Part shown: one piece after another, positions 1 to 10,401 of the stretch
Numbering within the stretch: the first letter of the stretch is position 1
Layout: every line of letters starts with the position of its first letter
Source: a virus
IMG/VR virus record: IMGVR_UViG_3300017991_004311
Location: 1-64,000 of that record
Length of the DNA: 64,000 nt
Reading direction: 5' to 3' (one strand)
Program-made: the position numbers and the translations under genes
The notes under the pieces: generated by a model
The model's database searches: none
The model's input: the letters and a program-made list of their open reading frames with translations, nothing else
Told to the model about the DNA's origin: nothing

Positions 1-2125
1 AGCCTCCAAAAAGCTCCATGCTCCTGGATTCAAATGGTCTCCCACCCAACCTGAATACGATATCATGGTGGCATTCTGGAAAGAGATGGAGAAAATCAGA
101 GAGGAAGCAGAGCGCATAGTAGGAGCCTCCAAGAGACTCCATGCCCCCGGATTCAAGTGGTCCCCCACACAACCCGAGTATGATATCATGGTGGCATTCT
201 GGAAGGAAATGGAGAAGATACGTCAAGAGGCGGAACGGACGGCGGAAGCATCCAAGAGACTCCACGCCCCTGAATTCAAATGGACCCCCACGCAACCAGA
301 ATATGATATCATGGTGGCGTTTTGGGAAAAGATGGAATCAATCCGCCAAGAGGCGGAACGCATGGCAGAGGCTTCTAAAAAGCTTCATGCCCCTGAATTC
401 AAATGGACCCCCACACAGCCGGAATACGATATCATGGTGACATTCTGGAAGGAAATGGAGAAGATACGTCAAGAGGCAGAACGCATGGCGGAAGCCTCCA
501 AGAAACTCCATGCCCCCGAATTCAAGTGGGCTCCCACCCAACCGGAATACGACATCATGGTGGCGTTTTGGAAGGAGCTGAAAGGAATCAGAGAGGAAGC
601 GGAACGGACTGCTGAAGCCTCCAAAAAACTCCATGCCCCTTCATTCAAGTGGGCACCTACCCAACCAGAATATGACATCATGGTGGTGTTCTGGCAATGG
701 ATGAAGAAAATCAGGGAAGAGGCGGAACGGATCACCGAATCCTCAAAAAAACTTCATACTCCTTCGTTCAAGTGGTCCCCCACGCAACCGGAGTACGATA
801 TCATGGTAGCGTTCTGGAAAGAGATGGAAAAGATACGTCAAGAAACAGAGAGAATCGCCGAAGCATCCAAGAGACTCCACGTCCCTGAATTCAAATGGGC
901 CCCCACACAGCCGGAATACGACATCATGGTGGCGTTCTGGAAAGAGATGGAAAAGATACGTCAAGAAACAGAGAGAATCGCCGAAGCATCCAAAAAACTT
1001 CACATCCCTGAATTCAAATGGTCTCCCACACAGCCTGAATACGATATCATGGTGGCGTTCTGGAAAGAGATGGAGAAAATCAGGGAGGAAGCGGAGAGAA
1101 CTACTGAGGTCTCCAAAAGGCTCCACGCCCCTGAATTCAAATGGTCTCCCACACAGCCTGAATACGATATCATGGTAGCGTTCTGGCAATGGATAGAGAA
1201 AATCAGGGAGGAAGCAGAGCGTATGACAGAAGTTTCCAGAAAGCTTCATATCCCCGAATTCAAATGGTCTCCCACCCAACCGGAATACGATATCATGGTG
1301 GCATTCTGGAAGGAGCTGAAAGGAATCCGGGAGGAAGCGGAGAGAACCGCTGAAGCCTCCAAAAAGCTCCATGCCCCCGAATTCAAATGGTCTCCCACCC
1401 AACCGGAATATGACATCATGGTGGCATTCTGGCAATGGATGGAGAAAATCAGAGAGGAAGCGGAAAGAACTGCCGAAGCTTCCAAGAAACTCCATGCCCC
1501 TTCGTTCAAATGGTCCCCCACACAGCCTGAATACGATATCATGGTAGCGTTTTGGAAGGAGCTGAAAGGAATCAGGGAGGAAGCGGAACGGATCACTGAA
1601 TCCTCAAAAAAGCTCCATGCTCCTGGATTCAAATGGTCTCCCACCCAACCTGAATACGATATCATGGTGGCATTCTGGAAAGAGATGGAGAAAATCAGAG
1701 AGGAAGCAGAACGCATAGTAGGAGCCTCCAAGAGACTCCATGCCCCTGAATTCAAGTGGTCCCCCACACAGCCTGAATATGATATCATGGTGGCATTCTG
1801 GAAAGAACTGAAAGGAATCCGGGAGGAAGCGGAGAGAACCGCTGAAGCCTCCAAGAAACTCCATGCCCCCGAATTCAAGTGGGCACCTACCCAACCCGAA
1901 TACGATATTATGGTGGCATTCTGGCAATGGATGGAGAAAATCAGAGAGGAAGCGGAAAGAACTGCCGAAGCTTCCAAGAAACTCCATGCCCCCGAATTCA
2001 AGTGGTCCCCCACGCAACCGGAATACGATATTATGGTAGCGTTCTGGGCAAAAATGAAATCTATCCGCGAAGAGGCAGAACGAATCGCCGAAATCACCGG
2101 TGCACCAGAATTCAAATGGACCCCA
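1..2125 (+). repeat. 123-bp (41-codon) coding tandem repeat: 16 full units plus partial units at both ends
   Basis: MV(A/T/V)FW starts recur at 65+123n up to 2033. Confidence 0.97.
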
Positions 2126-3094
2126 GGGGTTGTTGGAGGAGGGGCACCTGAGATTGACTATTCTGCCCTCGGTTGGGAAAAAATAGATAAATGGGTACGG
2201 GAGCGGAAACGCCAAATGCAAGCTGCTCTCCAGCTTGAAGTCCCTGCCTGGAAATGGGAAGCTGGCGGGTTGGGGGTGGGGCCGATGGAGGAAGCCTTAA
2301 AGCGCGTGGGAAAATTCAGGGATGAGTTTAGGCGGGTGCAACAGTATTTGAGGGAACAGCAAATCACGGAAACAGAGCGCATGATGGACAACTGGAGAAT
2401 GTATTTTAGCCAGGTGTTCGGCCTCCACGAGATGTCAAATGAGGAGATTGAGGGATTGTGGTCGACCTTAAGTGAATCGCAGTTGGAACGATTGACCGAA
2501 ATGTACGAAGCTTGGGACGAATGGCTCAACGGATTCCTGACGGGGATGAAAGAGGCGGTGAGCGCGGCTTTATTGGCTGGGGAAGGGATACAAGGCGTGT
2601 TTCAGCGTTTGGGGAATTTTATTCTGGATTATTTTGTGGGGACCGTTATCAGGACGATGATTGATGAACTCTATAAAGCTCTCGCGCTGAAAGAGGCTCT
2701 TGGAGGTTTCTTCAGTGGATTCTGGAGTTGGCTCCTCCCCTTCGGCGGGGGCGGCACGCTGGTCAAGGCGTTCCAGCACGGTGGCACCTTCCCGGAGGTG
2801 GACACGCGCACGGCCGGCACGGTCAACCGCGCCACCATCCTCCCGATGGCGGGCGAGCGCGGACCGGAGGCGTTCGTGCCGCTTGAGGGCGGCTCCATCC
2901 CCGTGACCATCAGAGGAGGGGGCAGCGGCGTGAGCATCGGGAACATCGACGTGGGCATCACGGTGTACGCCGAAAGCATCAGGGACCTCTATGACCGCAA
3001 CCGGGCCGAGTTCGAGGACACCATCGCCGACGCGGTGTCGGAAGGCATCCGCCGGGGCGCGGTCGCGGCGACCAAACTGGAGGTGAGGCGCTGA
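2..3094 (+). CDS. Tail tape measure protein, 5'-truncated, with 41-aa tandem repeats
   Basis: The frame is open from base 2. The C-terminal motif FQHGG...AGERGPEAFVPL is typical of tape measure C-termini, and the gene lies upstream of tail genes. Confidence 0.8.
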   Translation, partial: ASKKLHAPGFKWSPTQPEYDIMVAFWKEMEKIREEAERIVGASKRLHAPGFKWSPTQPEYDIMVAFWKEMEKIRQEAERTAEASKRLHAPEFKWTPTQPEYDIMVAFWEKMESIRQEAERMAEASKKLHAPEFKWTPTQPEYDIMVTFWKEMEKIRQEAERMAEASKKLHAPEFKWAPTQPEYDIMVAFWKELKGIREEAERTAEASKKLHAPSFKWAPTQPEYDIMVVFWQWMKKIREEAERITESSKKLHTPSFKWSPTQPEYDIMVAFWKEMEKIRQETERIAEASKRLHVPEFKWAPTQPEYDIMVAFWKEMEKIRQETERIAEASKKLHIPEFKWSPTQPEYDIMVAFWKEMEKIREEAERTTEVSKRLHAPEFKWSPTQPEYDIMVAFWQWIEKIREEAERMTEVSRKLHIPEFKWSPTQPEYDIMVAFWKELKGIREEAERTAEASKKLHAPEFKWSPTQPEYDIMVAFWQWMEKIREEAERTAEASKKLHAPSFKWSPTQPEYDIMVAFWKELKGIREEAERITESSKKLHAPGFKWSPTQPEYDIMVAFWKEMEKIREEAERIVGASKRLHAPEFKWSPTQPEYDIMVAFWKELKGIREEAERTAEASKKLHAPEFKWAPTQPEYDIMVAFWQWMEKIREEAERTAEASKKLHAPEFKWSPTQPEYDIMVAFWAKMKSIREEAERIAEITGAPEFKWTPGVVGGGAPEIDYSALGWEKIDKWVRERKRQMQAALQLEVPAWKWEAGGLGVGPMEEALKRVGKFRDEFRRVQQYLREQQITETERMMDNWRMYFSQVFGLHEMSNEEIEGLWSTLSESQLERLTEMYEAWDEWLNGFLTGMKEAVSAALLAGEGIQGVFQRLGNFILDYFVGTVIRTMIDELYKALALKEALGGFFSGFWSWLLPFGGGGTLVKAFQHGGTFPEVDTRTAGTVNRATILPMAGERGPEAFVPLEGGSIPVTIRGGGSGVSIGNIDVGITVYAESIRDLYDRNRAEFEDTIADAVSEGIRRGAVAATKLEVRR

Positions 3095-3468
3095 TGGCCG
3101 TCCACCGCTGCCGGCTCAGCGACGGGACCGCGAACGTCGACTTCAACGTCGCCGAACCGCACCAGAGGCCGTGGCTCTACGAGGAGGACGTGGTCCGGGC
3201 CGCCGATGGGACCGAATGGCGGTACCAGTGGTGGCGGAAACGGACGTGGCAGTGCGATATCCACACGATGGCCAAGACGGATGCCGACCAGGTGAACACG
3301 TGGCGGAGAACGAACGAACGGCTCACGTTCTATCCCGATTACCAGGATGCCTCGGCCACGAGTTACACGGTCACGATCCAGAACAAGTACGAGCCGATGC
3401 AGATGAGGGATTCGGCCGGGGGATGGGACCGGGACTTCAAGGGGACCATCGACCTGGCGGAAGCATAA
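3094..3468 (+). CDS. Putative distal tail (Dit-like) protein
   Basis: TGATG overlap with the tape measure stop; size and position fit. Confidence 0.55.
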   Translation: MAVHRCRLSDGTANVDFNVAEPHQRPWLYEEDVVRAADGTEWRYQWWRKRTWQCDIHTMAKTDADQVNTWRRTNERLTFYPDYQDASATSYTVTIQNKYEPMQMRDSAGGWDRDFKGTIDLAEA

Positions 3469-3503
3469 GAAAATATTACGGCGTAATAATCGGAGGGAAT
3501 GAC

Positions 3504-5918
3504 TTGGCCACTAGTTCAGACCTTGAAAATTTTACCCCGGAAGAGCTGGAGCGCTGCACGCCCCAGGAGATCGAGGACGCGCTCGCGGTGCGTATCGCGG
3601 TGAAGAACCCGAAACTGGCGCGGCGTTTCTTCGAGTTCGACGACACGGACCGGAGCAACTTAGTGGCGCGCTTCGGCGAGGTCGTGCGCGAGGGCGGGAA
3701 GGTGGTCGCGACCGCCGGCTCGCTCGACCTTGTGAACACGACCGGTTTCTTCTCCAACCTGTTCAACACGCCCGAGGACGCGGACAAGAGCGTGGCGCTC
3801 AAGGTCGGGTTCCCGGCGAAGAAGACCGTGTTCACCGGCAAGGGACTGCGCGTGGAGGCGCGGCGCACCCTGATGACGCTGTTCCTGCGCGACAAGTTCA
3901 CCGACCTCCTCAAGAACGCGATCGGGGACGAGGACACCGCCGTCACCTACGGGCAAACCGAACTCCTCACCGACGGGGGCCTGGAGGCGTGGGACGACGC
4001 GAACACGCTGACCAACTGGGACGATGGGACCGAACCGGTCCCCATTCTGCAGACCGAGGGCGAGCATGGCGGAACCTACGACTGCAAGATATTGGGCGAC
4101 TCTGGCGGTGATCTCAACTACATCGAACAGAGCGGCATTGCCATCACTGGCGGGAACGCTTACGAGCTCTCGTTCTGGCACATTCAGGACACGGGCGAGA
4201 CCAACCAGGGGTTGAAGTACTACATTAAGGACGAGGACGGCTACTACCTGCAGTCTGACGGCTCGTGGGATAATTCCGAGACGTACCTGACCGTGACCGT
4301 GGGCCAGACCTACGCGCGGGAGAGCGTCGTCTTCGTCACCCGTGCCGATGCCGAGACGCTCACGGTGCGAATCAGGAGCAGCGTGGCCACGGAGGACGAT
4401 TGCCGGGTGGACGACATCACCCTCCATGACGGCAACCCGGCCTGCATCGCCTGGAACGTGCTGGTGGTCAAGAACGGGCTCGATTCGACCGTCGGCTCCA
4501 GCAACGCCGACATCGACTACGCCGATTGGGAAACGTGGGGGGACGACTGCGGGGAGGCCGAGCTCTGCCTCGGATGCAGCTTCAAGGGGACCGAGACCGA
4601 ACGCATCCTGAATCTGCTGGCGAAGTACAGCCATTCCTACGTCTACATCAACGAGGACGGGAAGGTCGACTTCAAGCGGATCAAGTCGGGCGGTTCGTCC
4701 GTGATGAGCATCGGCGAGGACGAATGGTCGGAGTACAGCGCACCCACGGAGAAGAAAGACCTGGCGAACGACATCACGGTGGCGTACGACTACGACGGGG
4801 CCGCATGGGCGGGCACGGTGACGGACTCGTCCACCGCGTCGCAGACCACCTGGGGCACGTTCCCGCACCTGGTGCAGGAGACCGACATCTGGCACGAGAC
4901 GCAGGTCTCGGCCGAGAGCTATGCGGCGAAGCACTTGGAGCTGTACGCGAACATGCCGAGCTACATCAACGTCACCGGGCCGCTGTGCCTGGTGGACCTC
5001 GACATCGGCGACATCGTGAAGCTCACCCTGTCCGAACTCGACCTCAGCGACCAGTACTGCCGGGTGGAGCGGATACGGAACAACGCGCTGGTCAACTCGA
5101 AGGTGACGCTGACGCTGAAGAACCTGGCCACGGAGAACTTTTTCTTCAACATCGACTCGGCGGACGAGTGGGAGGACGGGACCATCCCGACCAATATGAA
5201 GAAAGGCGACGGCTACATCATCCTGAAGCGCAACGCCGGCTCCTATTTCCAGTTCGACACGGCCGACTATGGGCATGTGGCTACCCCGAGTTCAGTCACC
5301 TACATGGAGGACAAGGAGGTCGACAACTCCGGGGAGGACGACCTGCAGATCCAATGGCGGATGACCGTGCAGATCATCAGCGGTTCCCAGGGGCCGGCCG
5401 AATTCGGCATCCAGATCTACGACGAGGAGAACAACCTGCTCGACAGCGAGGACTGGCAACAGGCCATCAGCTCCACCCCCACGACGGTGACGAAGACGGC
5501 GACGCTCGACGTTTCCGGGATCAGGGCGGGGCAAACGATGAGGATCAGGCGCTGGGTGAAGGGCAACAATCTCAGTTTCACGACATCCTACACGCACATC
5601 AAGCGTATGAGCTACGCCTCGACCGCCACTTACACGTCGAAGCACAAGTACTGGGAGGCGACGGTGAATTATGCCACGTGCGCGGTCGAATCGACGTTGA
5701 ACGGGGAGAGCGCGACGGTGCAGCTGGAGACCTCCGAGGACAACTTCTCGACCACCGAGGATACCTGGGGAGGACCGCAGGCGCTCTCCGGGGGGGAGGA
5801 GAGCTTCGACGTCTCCGCGCTCCAGAGCTCGAAGTACGTCCGGGCGAAATTCGTGCTCAATTCCAGCGACGGTGGCGCGTCCCCGCGGGTGGATTTGTGC
5901 CAGGTGTTCCCGTCATGA
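3504..5918 (+). CDS. Tail tip/baseplate hub protein with an inserted carbohydrate-binding-like module
   Basis: TTG start after GGAGGG (3492-3497). ELLTDGGLEAW...VDDITL resembles a CBM. LDIGDIVKLT...RVERI resembles a phage tail OB motif. Confidence 0.65.
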   Translation: MATSSDLENFTPEELERCTPQEIEDALAVRIAVKNPKLARRFFEFDDTDRSNLVARFGEVVREGGKVVATAGSLDLVNTTGFFSNLFNTPEDADKSVALKVGFPAKKTVFTGKGLRVEARRTLMTLFLRDKFTDLLKNAIGDEDTAVTYGQTELLTDGGLEAWDDANTLTNWDDGTEPVPILQTEGEHGGTYDCKILGDSGGDLNYIEQSGIAITGGNAYELSFWHIQDTGETNQGLKYYIKDEDGYYLQSDGSWDNSETYLTVTVGQTYARESVVFVTRADAETLTVRIRSSVATEDDCRVDDITLHDGNPACIAWNVLVVKNGLDSTVGSSNADIDYADWETWGDDCGEAELCLGCSFKGTETERILNLLAKYSHSYVYINEDGKVDFKRIKSGGSSVMSIGEDEWSEYSAPTEKKDLANDITVAYDYDGAAWAGTVTDSSTASQTTWGTFPHLVQETDIWHETQVSAESYAAKHLELYANMPSYINVTGPLCLVDLDIGDIVKLTLSELDLSDQYCRVERIRNNALVNSKVTLTLKNLATENFFFNIDSADEWEDGTIPTNMKKGDGYIILKRNAGSYFQFDTADYGHVATPSSVTYMEDKEVDNSGEDDLQIQWRMTVQIISGSQGPAEFGIQIYDEENNLLDSEDWQQAISSTPTTVTKTATLDVSGIRAGQTMRIRRWVKGNNLSFTTSYTHIKRMSYASTATYTSKHKYWEATVNYATCAVESTLNGESATVQLETSEDNFSTTEDTWGGPQALSGGEESFDVSALQSSKYVRAKFVLNSSDGGASPRVDLCQVFPS

Positions 5919-5931
5919 GGGAGGTGAGGGT

Positions 5932-6282
5932 ATGTCGGTAGACAAAGACGTTGACATGTTCCTGATGAGTTGGGCGCTGGAGCGGTACCTCGACTTCGAT
6001 CTCGGCATCGGGGAGAGCGGGAAATGGCACGCCAACCGGGACGTGACCATCACCGAGGTGAGCTATCATAACAAATCGGCCGGGACGGCGCTGACGAGCG
6101 CGGCCACCGTGACCAACAACGGAGACGCGGCATCATCGTCCAGCGCGGACCTTGCCGCCGACACCTCCGAGGCGGACACGACGATCACGAACGCGGCGGT
6201 CACGGACGGCAACTATATCAAGGCCACGGCGGGGGACCAGCCGATGCACATCACGGTCACCGTGAAGGTGACGATGGGGTGA
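5932..6282 (+). CDS. Virion/tail-associated protein
   Basis: RBS GAGGTGAGG; Thr/Ala-rich beta-type sequence within the tail cluster. Confidence 0.5.
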   Translation: MSVDKDVDMFLMSWALERYLDFDLGIGESGKWHANRDVTITEVSYHNKSAGTALTSAATVTNNGDAASSSSADLAADTSEADTTITNAAVTDGNYIKATAGDQPMHITVTVKVTMG

Positions 6283-6286
6283 CAAA

Positions 6287-6991
6287 ATGAGAACATGGAT
6301 TGCGCTTGCACTAGGGATAATCGCCGCGATGGTATTCTGCGGCGCGGCATTGGCGGGACCGCCCACGGCGATATTGCTGACGGAGATCGCCACCGCCCCG
6401 GCGACCCCGGCGGCGGGGGAGTTCTACATTTACGCGCTCTCGGCCGACTCCACGCTCTACGGCAAGGGTGACGACGGGACGGCGCATGATCTAGAGGCGG
6501 CTACCCTTGGTGCCGATTCCGTCAATGATACCCACATTGATTGGGGTACCGGTGCGAATCAGGTGGAACTCTCGGATATCCCCGCAACCGGGGCAGCTAC
6601 TGATTACATCCCCCGCTATGACGGGTCCAATTTCACCGCGCGCGCGCTCTCGGCGGCGATCGGTGTGTGTATCTCTGGGACCCTTTCAGCGGAGAGTACC
6701 GCGGCCACTGTTTATATTCCTTTTGACATGACGCTCACCGACACTCGCGCGTATGCCGATACTGCGCCATCGGGTTCATCAATCAAGCTTGACATCCGGC
6801 TTGACGGTGCGACCATTTACTCAGGAACCAAGCTCAATATCGCAGCAGCGGCCAATTCTGGGACCCAGGCGACATTTGGAACGACTGCTGTGACTGCTTG
6901 GCAACGGTTCAACATCGATGTCAACGCAGTCGGGTCCGCAACGGCGGGCGGGGATAACGTCGCGATTACGATTGTGGGGACGAGGCCATGA
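6287..6991 (+). CDS. Tail-fibre-like protein with signal-peptide-like N-terminus
   Basis: Hydrophobic N-terminus ending ALA. C-terminal TAPSGSSIKLDI...IDVNAVGSATAG is a motif common in phage minor tail proteins. Confidence 0.55.
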   Translation: MRTWIALALGIIAAMVFCGAALAGPPTAILLTEIATAPATPAAGEFYIYALSADSTLYGKGDDGTAHDLEAATLGADSVNDTHIDWGTGANQVELSDIPATGAATDYIPRYDGSNFTARALSAAIGVCISGTLSAESTAATVYIPFDMTLTDTRAYADTAPSGSSIKLDIRLDGATIYSGTKLNIAAAANSGTQATFGTTAVTAWQRFNIDVNAVGSATAGGDNVAITIVGTRP

Positions 6992-9282
6992 AATACCTAC
7001 TTGCACTGCTTGCATTCCTAACCCTGTGTGGCAGCGCGTTTGGAACCTACACGTACAAGCAGGAAATCACAGTATCTGCCTCAGCCGCCAAGACAAACAT
7101 TCCTGTCGAAGTCGTGCTCAACGCCGACGATTTCGATTTCTCCCATTGTCGCTCTGATTTCTATGACCTGGAAATCCGGGCCAGCGACGAGACTACGGCA
7201 CTCAATTACTACCGGATGTACTACCTCGATTGCCGTCCTACCGGGATTGATGATGCCATGTCGCCGCAAGGGACCTCGTGGAACTACGTGCAGCCACAGG
7301 CATACTACTACAGTTCTGCGAATACCTGCACCTATGTGGTCTATATGGACGATGCGCGAGACACATGCGTGAGTAAATTCGATCACACCACGAAGCTATG
7401 GGCTGATTCGGTACAGGTCTACACCGAGGGCGAGGCGAACAATCACGCGGCGAGCTGCATCTTCGTGGATTCGAGTGGCTATATCCACGTGATTGGGGGT
7501 GAGTACACCGGGGCTGCCGACGGGCTAAAACACTACAAAAGCACTAACCCAGAAGATATCTCCGCATGGGGGGACGCGGGTACGATTGAAAATGTTGAGG
7601 CGCTTACCCTTCCCTATGCGCTGGTAAGGGATAACGGCGATATCTGGCTATTTTCACGGGACAAACATGGCGCGAACGATTCTCGGACTGCATTGAATAT
7701 CAGCACTGATGACGGGGCCAACTGGCAGACGATGAAGCATATCATTGATTCTGATGAACGACCCTATTTCGGTGGCGCGGTGGAGGACGATTCGGGCAAT
7801 ATCTGGATCGCCTGGACACACAGCAACGCCGGGGGGAGTAGCGAAAATACGTATTGTGCTAAGTGCGTCGGCGCGGCCTCCGGGACCTGGAAGGCTGCCG
7901 ATGATACGGTAGTTACCGCGCCGTTTGACGGGACGGAAGCGGAGACATGTGTTGCAGCGACGGCATCGAACTCAGAGACATTTCCGGTGGACATCACCTT
8001 GGTCGATGATAAGCCGCTCATTGTGTACAATGATGATACCGGGGTTGCGGGTGATTGGACTCTAAAGACAGCCAAGTGGAGTGGCTCAGCATGGTCTACT
8101 CACACAGTGTATCAACACAGTTATTATCCTACCGAGGCAGCGTGGTCCTATTTGACTGCTGAGCTGTACTCCACGAGCGGGACGAGTAACGTTACGTGTT
8201 ATTTTGTGGTAGGAGAAGGGTCAAGCGGTGAATGGAATTATGGCGGCGATATCCTGGCGTATGCGTCTACCGATGCGGGGTCCACCTGGACGGCGTCAGC
8301 GACGATCAAGACACTCGATTACAAGCACGATTGGGCTGATATCGAAACTCATTTTAACCGCAATATCAAATATGCCCGAACCACGGAGGGCCGGAAGAGC
8401 ACCGCGACGGCGTGCCGGTTTGTATTTACGGAAACGTTTGGTGGTAACTGGGATGAGACGAATACGGGGGAGATATGGGCCTACGGGACCGAACAGGAGG
8501 AGGCGCGGCTATGGGCCAAGATGAGCCAGTTGTGTACCAGTGATTCTTTGTGGCTTTACTATGGTTGTGCCACTGACAGTACCGATGCTTCGACACGAGC
8601 GATTATGTATCTGTGGGATGATTTCGAGACCTATGCTGACGGGGATCGTAATCCTACAGGGTGGGTGACTGGTAGTAAAGGTGAAGTTGAAATTGATGAT
8701 GCGTATGCGCGGGAGACATTGAGTAATAAAGCCTGGGCTAGCGAGGGCGGAGACTCAGCCAATGCCTATTGGTATATTCCGTTCGGGACGACCATGAGCG
8801 TAGACAATGGGCATGAGATTTACTGGTCCTGGCTGGTGGACGATCTAGACGAAGGGGTTCTGGCTGCATTGATGCCGGATTCGACCGTAGGGGCGAGCGC
8901 AACGGTATGGATGAAGATGGACGTGAATAATACGGATATTTCCTACTACGACGGGGAGTGGAAGGACGTATTGACTTCTCTGAGTGCTGAACAGTGGTAC
9001 GTGTTCAAGGTATACAATGTCGATTTCACAAACCATCAATTCGACATCGACGTAGCGACTGACCATGGGGTGACTGGTACGAACGCCAATGGAAGCTTCC
9101 GGGACGGGACAAATAGCCAGATAACCCGGTTCTTCGCCAATAACGGGGATATTAATGAGCATGAGTGGTTTGACGATATTGTAGCCTATCCGGTGACATC
9201 TATATCGCAGACGTTCGGCTCGGAGACGGAGGTGTCACCTACACCGTCAGCTATGGAAGCGATCATCGTAACATTTTGGTAA
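6988..9282 (+). CDS. DUF2341-like protein with BNR/Asp-box beta-propeller (adhesin or glycan-binding/hydrolase), signal-peptide-like N-terminus
   Basis: Asp boxes STDDGANW and STDAGSTW. DUF2341-like halves FDFSHCRSD..DLEIRASDETTALNYY and ARLWAKM...LWLYYG...WDDFE. Confidence 0.65.
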   Translation: MKYLLALLAFLTLCGSAFGTYTYKQEITVSASAAKTNIPVEVVLNADDFDFSHCRSDFYDLEIRASDETTALNYYRMYYLDCRPTGIDDAMSPQGTSWNYVQPQAYYYSSANTCTYVVYMDDARDTCVSKFDHTTKLWADSVQVYTEGEANNHAASCIFVDSSGYIHVIGGEYTGAADGLKHYKSTNPEDISAWGDAGTIENVEALTLPYALVRDNGDIWLFSRDKHGANDSRTALNISTDDGANWQTMKHIIDSDERPYFGGAVEDDSGNIWIAWTHSNAGGSSENTYCAKCVGAASGTWKAADDTVVTAPFDGTEAETCVAATASNSETFPVDITLVDDKPLIVYNDDTGVAGDWTLKTAKWSGSAWSTHTVYQHSYYPTEAAWSYLTAELYSTSGTSNVTCYFVVGEGSSGEWNYGGDILAYASTDAGSTWTASATIKTLDYKHDWADIETHFNRNIKYARTTEGRKSTATACRFVFTETFGGNWDETNTGEIWAYGTEQEEARLWAKMSQLCTSDSLWLYYGCATDSTDASTRAIMYLWDDFETYADGDRNPTGWVTGSKGEVEIDDAYARETLSNKAWASEGGDSANAYWYIPFGTTMSVDNGHEIYWSWLVDDLDEGVLAALMPDSTVGASATVWMKMDVNNTDISYYDGEWKDVLTSLSAEQWYVFKVYNVDFTNHQFDIDVATDHGVTGTNANGSFRDGTNSQITRFFANNGDINEHEWFDDIVAYPVTSISQTFGSETEVSPTPSAMEAIIVTFW

Positions 9283-9295
9283 TATATGGATTTGA

Positions 9296-9454
9296 ATGAT
9301 AGTGATAAGTGTATCATCTAAGATATTTCTGTTCTGTGCCTGTGTTTTTGGGGTTTTCGGTATTTTGTATTGTACTGTTGAAGGCGGAATGGCATTTGTA
9401 TTGTCGTCAGTGATGTTGGCGGTTGCGGCATTGATAGATTTGAAAGCAGAATAA
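9296..9454 (+). CDS. Small two-TM membrane protein (52 aa, not in ORF track)
   Basis: Hand translation: MIVISVSSKIFLFCACVFGVFGILYCTVEGGMAFVLSSVMLAVAALIDLKAE. Confidence 0.45.
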   Translation: MIVISVSSKIFLFCACVFGVFGILYCTVEGGMAFVLSSVMLAVAALIDLKAE

Positions 9455-9471
9455 TCTATTAGGAGGCAATC

Positions 9472-10044
9472 ATGGGTTGCATGAAAGACACCAAAGGACT
9501 GCGCTCCGGCCTGTTCCAGCATTACGCGGTCCAGCTCCGGGAGATTGCGAAACTCCCCGGAACATCCGTTCTGGAAGTCGGCCCGCGCGCAGTCGTGCAT
9601 GACTACCTGGTATGGTCGGGGTACGAGGTGACCACGCTTGATATCGATCCGACGAGAAAACCAGATGTGGTGGGGGATATCCTCGATGGTCCGTTTGACG
9701 ATGGGGAATTCGACATCGTGCTCTGCGCTGATGTGTTGGAGCACATTTCGGACGAACGGGTTCCTTATGCAATCAAGCATTTTCACCGGATAGCGGATTC
9801 TATGGTCGTCTCGGTACCGTGGAGGAGAGAGGTGGCTTTCTCCCTGTCGCTCAAAATCCCGAAACTAAAGAAACGCACTTTGGTCATCCCGGTGGCGAAG
9901 CGCCCATTGTGCCAAGGTCACGAGTGGGAATTGGAAGGTTGGGATGATGTACAATGGTTGGCTTGGATGATCCATCCAACCAGAACATTCCGGGTCCGCA
10001 ACCGTCAGTATTTCATTTCAAGGAGGCAATCATGGGCTGGCTGA
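9472..10044 (+). CDS. Class I SAM-dependent methyltransferase
   Basis: VLEVGP, TTLDID and FDIVLCADVLEHI motifs; AGGAGG RBS. Confidence 0.85.
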   Translation: MGCMKDTKGLRSGLFQHYAVQLREIAKLPGTSVLEVGPRAVVHDYLVWSGYEVTTLDIDPTRKPDVVGDILDGPFDDGEFDIVLCADVLEHISDERVPYAIKHFHRIADSMVVSVPWRREVAFSLSLKIPKLKKRTLVIPVAKRPLCQGHEWELEGWDDVQWLAWMIHPTRTFRVRNRQYFISRRQSWAG

Positions 10045-10137
10045 GTATGTTGGGGAAGATCGGCGCTATTTTGGGACTGACTTACAGGGCAATAATCTGG
10101 CTCTATAATCTGATCAAGAGCCGATAAGGAGACGATC

Positions 10138-10401
10138 ATGTGGGAACAGGTAGGATGGATCTTATTGGGGATCCTGGTGGCCATCGGGGGCACGGCGCCG
10201 TGGTACACCGCAGGCCGGTCGAAGACGCGGGAGGTCATCAAGCTCGTGCGCGAGGGGTTGGACGTACCGGAGGCCGTGCTTGACGGGACCGAGTCCGACT
10301 CCGAGGGCGGCACGAAGCTGACCAACGGGGAGAAGAACGCGATCAAGACCGAGATAGGACAGGCGAAGGCAGCGTTGGACGATCTCCTCGGCAAGAAGTG
10401 A
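10138..10401 (+). CDS. Putative holin or single-TM lysis protein
   Basis: N-terminal TM helix; lies upstream of the endolysin. Confidence 0.4.
   Translation: MWEQVGWILLGILVAIGGTAPWYTAGRSKTREVIKLVREGLDVPEAVLDGTESDSEGGTKLTNGEKNAIKTEIGQAKAALDDLLGKK

Noticed and set aside
1-2125. CRISPR array or DGR-like repeats
   Set aside because: The repeats are contiguous, in-frame and coding, with no unique spacers. No cas or reverse transcriptase gene is in the window.
3171-3503. N-terminal extension of the tail ORF as listed in the track
   Set aside because: It overlaps the 3094-3468 gene; an RBS and TTG at 3504 is the better start.
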